Shown piece after piece: positions 57,823 to 64,000 of a stretch of DNA of 64,000 bases. The number at the start of each line of letters is the position of its first letter. The first letter of the stretch is position 1. This stretch comes from Podarcis gaigeae. Lineage: Eukaryota. The translations under genes and the position numbers were made by a program. The stretch is taken from assembly GCA_964106915.2 (NCBI GenBank), contig OZ066917.1, one strand, 5' to 3'. Below the pieces are notes generated by a model that did not search any database, had not been told where the DNA came from, and saw only the letters and a program-made list of their open reading frames with translations.

Positions 57823-59898
57823 GTGTCTTTTGGTAGATATAAATTAAATAGCTTTTGGCCATCCTTGACACTGAGCTTGGCACTTACCTTTTCTCTGTGG
57901 GCTTGCTATGACCGTAGTGGTTCAGCTTTGCAGAGCAATGAGCGTCTTGATTGTTTCAGGAGAAAAGAGATTGAAATTGGGAGGGGGAGTTAACTAGACC
58001 TCTAACTTTAGTATAACTAGAAATGGGAGGGAAGTTAACTTGAATACAAATAAGAAACTGTGCAATGCCAATCTGTAATTTAGACACCAGCAGCCTCTGA
58101 GCCAAATCCAGTCTGCTGGGGACAGGGCTGTTGCCATGTTTGAGGCAAGGATCTCTCTAACCCCCACCACCATGGTCTCTCCCCCTCGCCTGGAAATGAA
58201 GGCGGGGATGGCTGTAGCCACTTCATTCGCTACTTTGAGCACCCAGCTGATCACAGCTTCCCCATCCCACCTGCTGCTTTCCCTGGTAGTGTGGCCTGAT
58301 GGTGGGTGGAGATGGAGAACAGCACTTAGCCTGCCACTGAGCAGAGAAGTGCTGTTTCTGTTGATTACTTATGTTACAGTTTTAAAAACCAATAAAGCAT
58401 ATATATAGAAAAAGAAGTGCTGGGTGAAGGAGCCGCCAGCATCTTCATTAATCCAGAAGGGCAAGGCATTCTGGTGCAATAAAGAGAGGCATTCTGGTGC
58501 AATAAACAGCCACTGTTCTCTGCTGAGCACTGGGCCAGAGCGAAAGTGAAGAAGAGAGAGATGACAGCCCCTGCCCCAGCGGTTCTTCTGAGACCCTTGG
58601 GCTCAAGCAGTAGCTCCATCATTCCCAGCCCAGTTGGTCAGTATCAGACAGCCCCAAAAGCAAGTGGTATATTGTAGTCGTGGCAACAGGACTTGCTGGC
58701 AGTCAGAGTCCTAGCCTCTTATGCTATCCTTGTAATGGCCTTCATGTAAAACTACTGTGTTGAAAGTAAAAGGCAGTGTTTCTGTGCTGGAGAGGAGAGG
58801 GCTAGAAATTCTGGATGGGTGGGTGCATGCATGCGCTTGCGTATACATCTGCATGTTTTGTGCGAGGGTATATGCATGAGTGGGAGAGAGTGCTGCGTGA
58901 TTATGTCTTGGGTGAATGCATGCCTAGACTGACCATATCCAACGCTGGCATGTGGTCCTCAGACTACGAAAGCTTGGCCACCCCTGTAATAAATTGAGCA
59001 AACATAATTGTGTCTGTTATTTGCTATCGTACTTTCCTAGTGGAAATGATTGACACTGTGCTGTGTATATTTATGGCACAGTAATTTATTCACCGGGGGG
59101 GGGGGGGAGAGGAAATGCCTGAATGGCCGCTATCATTGACTCTGCTGCCACCCATTATGTCTCTACTTCAACGTACAATAACTCCCTGCCACCCAAAATC
59201 CTCTATTAGCAGTTCACTCCAGATTCTTTTGAGCTATGCAGCCTTGGAATAGTGATTGTTGTTATCTGCTGCACCCATATAGCACAGTCCACATGCCTAA
59301 TTAAGATAATTAGACTCCAGCCTGTTCTTCTGTGTGGTTCGTTAAGAACAGCTCATGGTTCACAAAGTCCTGTCACCTGTTTTCTCCGGAAATTATTCAA
59401 AAATTCAGTCACATGTCCTGTTTCATAAAGAAGATGTCAAGTCCAGTTCATAGATAAAGAACCATAAGAAAGGAGAGCAGATGCTTTGAAGTTGCCCATC
59501 AACCATTAGGGCAATTAGGACAGTTCCTCTGGGCATCAAATGGAGCAGCCACACAGGTCACCTGGTCACAGCTTTTCCCCAATACAAAATTTCTGTTCAA
59601 ATTATAATCATTATTGATATGTTTGCACCAACACCTGTAAATTAGCATATGCAGAAATCTGCATCTTTCTTTTGTCCCCACACCCTTCTTTTTGTAATTT
59701 TCTTTATGCATCAGTGGCTATCCTTGGGGCCTACCTGTTTTTAAGTATGCTTGCATCTTTCTTTGGGAAATAAAATACTACCACTCTCCCACAAGGTGGA
59801 GCCCTAGGTTTTCTAGTAGTCCCTCTCCAGAGTCAACATTCAGAGACTAATTTGATGGTTTCTAAAATGGGAGAGAAAATGTCCGTGTTTAATATGCT

Positions 59899-60018
59899 CA
59901 TAGAATTGTAGAGTTTGAAGGGACCCCAACTCTAGTCCAACCCCCTGAATGCAGGAATGTCAGCTAAATCATACATGACAGATGACTGACTATCCAACCT
60001 CTGCTTGAAAACCTCCAT
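59899..60018 (-). mobile_element. CR1 LINE 3' end
   Basis: catagaattgtagagtttgaagggacccc..ctagtccaacccc..tccaacctctgcttgaaaacctcca. Confidence 0.7.
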
Positions 60019-62344
60019 GAATATCTAAATTTAGCCTGTGGGTGCAATCCAGAGAAAGCTAGGCCTTGAGCAAGGGCATTTAAGCATGCTTTCAAAATGC
60101 ATAATTTATTTCAATGCTCTTGATAAATTTATGATAAATGCTCTTTATCATACCTCGTGGCTTTTTTATGTTCTAATGTATAATGCAGTTCTCATCCAGT
60201 GTTGTGGCTTTTTGGCACTGCAGCAGCATATTAATAAAAGTTGATATATGTTAAAGTCATTGAGTAATAAGGGTCAAGACACTGTAAATATAAGATCTTT
60301 TGAAAGAGCTTTAAAAATATATATACTTGGCTGTAGATCAGTGATAGAGAACCTCTGGTTTGTGACTTAATTAAGAGCCCACAAGATTCCTAATTTGGCT
60401 TATGAGGCCATCTTCCTCAACCATACCCACCAGGCCCACACCTGTGTCATCATATGGCAGGTATGGGGCAAGTGAAGACACAGCAGCAAAGAGCAAACAG
60501 GAGCTTAAAGTCTCAACAGTTTCTTGACAAGCAGGGCTCACTGGCCAGTGCTGACTGCAAGCCCCTTGAAGTCCATTGGCAAGTACAAACCGGATTAAAG
60601 CTGGCCCTGCAAACCAACATTTCCCCAATGTAGGCCAGCTTTACAGACAGATTTGCTGGTCTGCAGAGGAAAAAGGTCAGCTTGAAGAAACAGTTTGAAT
60701 CCAAACAATATTGACAAACAGGCAAAGCAGGTCTTGCTGTCAGTACCAATCAGCTGACAAGCAAGTCCCACCTGACATCATAATGTCAAGTGATTAACAG
60801 GTGTGTGTGGCCCTGGCCACTTTTTTAAAAATGGCCCATGCAGGGGAGGCTAGTTATTGACCTGACCCTTAGGCTGAAGAAGGCTTTCCAGACTGTCATA
60901 AACTCCAATCTTCAAAGAGGTCATTTTGCCACCATTGGAGAGCTGCTGCTAAACCTTGGACAGTTGCTTCCAAATAGTGTAAATGGTGTTGCTTGGTATA
61001 AGGAACTTCTGTATTCGTAAGGGATTTCTGGAGCCAGAACTCAAGACCAAAGAGCAATCTGGGGCAGAGGGAAAATCAGAAGACAGACTAGAATCACAAG
61101 GCACATCAGTGCTCCAGTAGACCTTATTACACAAACAAAGCTCCACAGGAAGACAGGAAGCCCTCCTATACTCCTTACTGCCCAGGAGCCTGGGTTGGGT
61201 CAGTTGGGTAAGTTTTTAACTAAGGCCTGTAATGACTCAGAGCTCACCTGAGGCAATGATCAGCACTGGAGCAGTGGTGAGCAGTTTCTGACCGTATTAA
61301 CAATGATCAAGATCTGGATGTTTCCCCAAAAATAATAGAGCTGGTCATTTAAACTGGTTTTGTTTAAACTCAAAGAGTTTAAACAAAAATATGTTTTTAT
61401 AAAGTTTGTTATTGCTTTGGTGACTCATTAATTTCATTTGTATTTTTGTATTTATATTGTATTATATTGGTTTGGTTACACTGGAAACTGCTTTATTTGC
61501 TTGGAAAAAGTAGGGTAGAACGCTTAAAATAAATAAGTCAGAGACCCAGAGAGATTAAATGCTGTCCTTGCTGTTCTAGCCATGAGGACATTAGGAACTG
61601 CAGGAGCTATGAGCTTATTTAGCTGTCCAAAATACGCTTCTGCATACACAGCAAACTTTTCTAGAAGCAACCTGGTTTTCCTCACACAAGGTATCTGCTC
61701 AAAGTTCTCCTTGCACAAAATAAATAGCTGTCGTGTATGCAGAGGAGGAACTTTGGACTCTGGCCAAATACAAGTACATTTCACTAGATAAGCTCATATT
61801 GATTCTAGTGAGTAGCACAGAAAACCAATGAAGTGAAGTTGATAGGGTCTATCACCTGGGACTTCAGTATGTGGGTCAAAATCCTCACTGAATGCAGAAA
61901 TACTAGAATGAAATATGTACAGGACAGAATACTACATTTCATTCCAGTATGAGCTCAACCTCGGCACGCTTTTTCAAGTGGAACATGGGAAATGTTAACA
62001 CCATTGGAGAACCCCATTACTGTATCTGCCTTGAATTTTTGAGATACAGGAACAAGTTGGTGTGCATGTTCAAGATGGCGGTGTGTGCTTCAAGTATGAA
62101 CATTAATACTTCTGTTGAAAGACACACGAGAAACACACACACACAACCACCGGCAGTGTGATATCTGCCATGAAGACTGAGACATTGAATTAAAACAGGT
62201 GTACATATACAGTAAACAGGTCCAGTAAATAGGTTCCACTCTTGAAAATAGGAACACACTAAGTATATCAAGTGAGGGATGAAACTGGAATTTCCCAGCC
62301 TTCCAAGGGAAATACAACTTTGATGGACAAAGTAATAGTTAATT

Positions 62345-62480
62345 CGAACATGGGAAGCTGCCCTATAGTGAGTCATTACACTGACTGGCTGCGCCTCTCC
62401 AGGGCTTGAGACATTCCCAGCCTACCTGGAGATGCTAGGATTGAACCTGGGACCTGCATGCAAGGTGGATAATCTACCCC
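62345..62480 (-). mobile_element. Decayed tRNA-derived SINE fragment
   Basis: aacatgggaagctgcc..ctctccaggg..ggattgaacctgggacc (B box on minus strand). Confidence 0.55.
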
Positions 62481-63393
62481 TTAAATGCTTTATACTGTTC
62501 CACATTAAAATCATCTAGTCGAAAAAGTTTTATTACCATTTTCAATTCTATATTTTGTTCCTATGTCTACTTATGAATGTGGCAAAAGTTTGTTGATACA
62601 TGTAGTACAGGGAAGCCAATGTATCAAGCAAGTTCTGTATTTCTGTCCTAGCAGGATTGATATCAGCCAGGTAAAAGGATTTATAAAAATTGTGTCTAAA
62701 TGCTTTTTGGCATTACAAGAATCTGCCCCTCTAGCATCATGCATCAGAGTAATATTCTTGGACTTCTGCTGTTTCAAGCAGAAATCTGGGAGTTTACTGG
62801 CCCGTTTGCTTTCCTAGTGCTTAATTTTATTATAAATCTGGTGTTGCAAACCTGGTTCTACATTATATCCAAAGAGTTTCCAAAATAAATAGTTCAGATT
62901 TGTTGTCTTTTCATTTATACGAGATGTGAATAATGATTCTCTCTCTCAAAAAAAGCCTTAAATGCATCCCAAATAATTTGTAGAGATCCCTTACATCTGC
63001 TCTCAGATATCTAATCTGCATTAAAGCTGTGTTAAGCACGAGAGAGGCCTCTTTTTCTCGAGACTGCAATAGTAACCTTTAATACGACAGGCCAATAGTT
63101 TGTAAAATTAAGAGGACCAATTCCAACAGTTATTGTGAATTGTAAAAATTGATTAGGCACTAAAAAAATAGTGTGGCCTAAAATGTCTGTGGAGTAATAG
63201 AGAATAAATATTTGGTCACATTCTGTTGGATGGTGCCTATTCCAAAGGCCCATGAGATCCAAAATTGCTTTAGCTGCACCCCCCAGCACCAAATAAGCGG
63301 CATATTTCTATCTAAGATAGTGTTGTATAAGGGCAAACTGCTGCTGTGCTATAAACTTGAATATACCTACCCACCTCAGCTAAAAAGAAAGGG

Positions 63394-63394
<1 letters not shown>

Positions 63395-63428
<34 letters not shown>
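63395..63428. repeat. (TG)n microsatellite
   Basis: Direct reading. Confidence 0.9.
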
Positions 63429-63432
<4 letters not shown>

Positions 63433-64000
63433 CAAAGCAGTTGTAGGGAACATTTTAAGCCTGATGGCCACATTGCCTCATGAGCAACCTTGTGGGAGCC
63501 ACATGCCAGTAGCGGGCAAAGCAATATGATATTGGGGGTCATGCGAGGCATAAGTCAAAACATCTGGAGTGCCCCAGCTGTTAAAAGCCATTGGTCTTCA
63601 ACTGGTAGGTCAGGACCTGCTATCAGGCCACAGCCTGATCCAAGGTAGGTCACAACAGGAGTACTTCCACCATATAATATATGGTAAAAGATTAAGAAAA
63701 GGGTCCCCAAACACTTGTTTGGGTTAAAGATGGGACCCTGGGTCTGAAAAGGTTGAAGACAACTGCTCTAAGGCAATGGTTCTCACATTTATTTTATATC
63801 AGACTGGAAAGTGTAGGGGGTCTTGACAGAATACTTAATAAACTATTTCTGGCCTACAAGTCAAAGCACATACCTAACTCTTATTTTAGTAACATAATCT
63901 TGCCTTTCTGATGTTGTAAGAGGAGCATTTGACTCAGTACCTCATAACTGGCTATGGACCAGACCGGTCCGCTAGGGTACCAATACTAAGCTTTTGAACT

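Noticed and set aside
62361-62380. ccctatagtgagtcattaca, resembling the reverse-complement T7 promoter (possible vector contamination)
   Set aside because: It lacks the GT of GAGTCGTATTA, has no other vector sequence around it, and lies inside a decayed SINE segment (ggaagctgcc.tata.tgagtca). Coincidental.
57132-64000. Start of the next gene (ZDHHC20 expected from mammalian synteny)
   Set aside because: No CpG island or DHHC-family exon seen in this interval.
1-64000. CRISPR arrays, operons or other prokaryotic systems
   Set aside because: The sequence is an intron-rich vertebrate locus. The repeats are microsatellites, transposons or two-copy duplications, not repeat-spacer arrays.

Overview
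Vertebrate genomic DNA from a squamate reptile. A lacertid lizard is the likeliest source, inferred from the Sauria SINE, BovB and Squam3-like repeats. The window holds coding exons 2-12 of MICU2 (mitochondrial calcium uptake 2) on the + strand, 21121-57131. All introns are GT-AG and the phases join into one open frame of 1095 nt (364 aa plus stop), with both canonical EF-hands and the C-terminal YWKC disulfide cysteine. The orthologous exon 1 was not found, so 1-21120 is probably part of a long intron 1. The rest is intron or 3' flank, dense with transposon remnants: BovB, other RTE, L2, L1 and CR1 LINE fragments, tRNA-derived SINEs, and hAT and Tc1/mariner (Tigger-like) MITEs, many with intact target-site duplications (TSDs) and several nested. 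I found no new protein-coding system. The best leads are three nested inverted retroelement pairs around exon 2, a CpG-rich OC1-like hAT element that could supply an in-frame alternative first exon, an atypical A-rich acceptor on the last exon, and a fold-back at a BovB 5' junction. All functional readings are hypotheses. Comparisons to human MICU2 and to repeat-family consensuses are from memory, not from database searches.
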